In this document: in pieces, positions 44,841-45,849 of the stretch | Layout: every line of letters begins with the position of its first letter | Position numbering within the stretch: position 1 is the first letter of the stretch | Source: Candidatus Dojkabacteria bacterium | GTDB lineage: Bacteria; Patescibacteriota; Dojkabacteria; J137 | DNA length: 45,849 nt | Direction of reading: 5' to 3' | NCBI GenBank assembly: GCA_039929105.1 | Contig: JBDSRX010000051.1 | Coordinates: 1-45,849, forward strand | The notes under the pieces: model-generated | The model's input: the letters and a program-made list of their open reading frames with translations, nothing else | What the model was told of the DNA's origin: nothing | Database searches by the model: none | Made by a program: the position numbers and the translations under genes

Positions 44841-45620
44841 ATGAAAAAAATTAAATTATTTTTCAGCGACTTCTATAACGCCTACACATTCGTAATGGGA
44901 CTTTTAGTTTCTTTACCAATACTCGCACCAATATTATTAAAGTTAGGTTTAACTGCTCCAGCTAAGATTGTTTATTTTGTGTATAGTTTCTTTTGCCATC
45001 AATTTGCAAGTAGATCTATAGATATATTCGATTATCAATTTGCTTGGTGTGCTAGAGATACTGGAATTTGGTTAGCGATTTTTGTAACAGCAGTTTTAGT
45101 TAAATTTAATAAACTTCCAAAGTTAAGATGGTATTGGGTAATTCCATTTATTATTCCAATGGCCTTAGATGGTGGTTTGCAAACTATATTTACATTCTTA
45201 AATATAAATCCAGTAGGAGATGTAACAGGAATGCCATTGTATGTAAGTAATAATTTATCTAGATTTATAACAGGAGCAATATTTGGAATTGGAGTAGGTT
45301 GGTGGATTAGTCAGCAATTAAAAATAGCATCTCAAGAAACTAAGGTAGAAAAACAAGAAGATTTATTTCCTAAATATAAAAACTTGAAAACGTATTTAAT
45401 CAGTACTTTTCTATTAATCCTAGGTTTAGGAGTTAGCTACTTTGGATTTGTAACTATTTGGAATATAACTTCTACAACAAATAAACCTTTAGATGCACTA
45501 GATTCAGCTTCTAAGACTCCTTCTACAGACTTTTTTGCTAGAAGAGGCAACGGAGTTTGTCCTACAACTGGCATAAACGATATTCTAGATCTAGAATGTT
45601 TCTTTGGAGGAAAAAACTAA
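44841..45620 (+). CDS. DUF2085 membrane protein
   Basis: Y..FCHQ...RS, CARD.GI, PMALDG..Q, SNN..R..TG. Confidence 0.85.
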   Translation: MKKIKLFFSDFYNAYTFVMGLLVSLPILAPILLKLGLTAPAKIVYFVYSFFCHQFASRSIDIFDYQFAWCARDTGIWLAIFVTAVLVKFNKLPKLRWYWVIPFIIPMALDGGLQTIFTFLNINPVGDVTGMPLYVSNNLSRFITGAIFGIGVGWWISQQLKIASQETKVEKQEDLFPKYKNLKTYLISTFLLILGLGVSYFGFVTIWNITSTTNKPLDALDSASKTPSTDFFARRGNGVCPTTGINDILDLECFFGGKN

Positions 45621-45704
45621 ACTGTATTCATTTTCCGACTTAAAGTTTGACTGAGTATTGACAACACTGATATTATTAATACACCTAGTTTTTAAATAAA
45701 TAGT

Positions 45705-45849
45705 ATGGATGATACAAATCCAAAACCAGTAAGTAATATTATTCAAGATGATGTACAACCTGACACTAGTTCTTCAACAGATGTTGGATCAGTTCCAATT
45801 GAGTTGAACGATGCAAACTTTCAAACTGATGCAGTAGATTTTTCTAAAA
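45705..45849 (+). CDS. N-terminus of a possible thioredoxin-like protein (runs off window)
   Basis: Open frame MDDTNPKP...PIELNDANFQTDAVDFSK resembles the thioredoxin first strand and helix; upstream TGATATTAT -10. Confidence 0.5.
   Translation, partial: MDDTNPKPVSNIIQDDVQPDTSSSTDVGSVPIELNDANFQTDAVDFSK

Noticed and set aside
1-45849. Alternative genetic code 25 (TGA=Gly)
   Set aside because: Long conserved genes have no in-frame TGA, Gly is mostly GGA, and TGA ends several genes.

Overview
AT-rich (~30% GC) bacterial chromosome segment using genetic code 11. Gene content (expanded TrmB-type regulators, Elp3, DUF4012 pair, archaeal-type PyrH, DUF2085, cohesin/dockerin proteins, no Shine-Dalgarno motifs) suggests a Patescibacteria/CPR genome, most like Dojkabacteria (inference). 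It holds rpoB (5'-truncated)-rpoC-rpsL-rpsG, three TrmB-family regulators, an XRE regulator, Elp3, two SAM methyltransferases, a frameshifted ABC-F-like gene, a TsaC-TsaE fusion, an M23-dockerin-cohesin surface cluster, GT-C and GT4 glycosyltransferases, manC, rodA, rnj, two DUF4012 paralogs, gatB, trpS, pyrH and orphans. No tRNA, rRNA, CRISPR or transposase was seen. Main surprises: (1) an RNA polymerase with a rewritten trigger loop (MRTFH to LKSKS, catalytic His absent), NTP-entry region and rifampicin pocket, plus an altered S12 decoding loop; (2) Elp3 next to a Trm9/ALKBH8-like methyltransferase, a candidate eukaryote/archaea-type mcm5U34 pathway; (3) dispersed degenerate heptamer arrays lying in-frame in housekeeping genes, including the TsaC-TsaE junction; (4) a circularly permuted M23 peptidase upstream of a dockerin-cohesin pair; (5) a TrmB/XRE module with shared palindromic operators, an HTH-deleted XRE mimic and an antisense hairpin RNA; (6) a leaderless Trp-containing uORF before trpS; (7) REP-like palindromes that supply stop codons. 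Family calls and reference residue numbers come from motif recall, not database searches.
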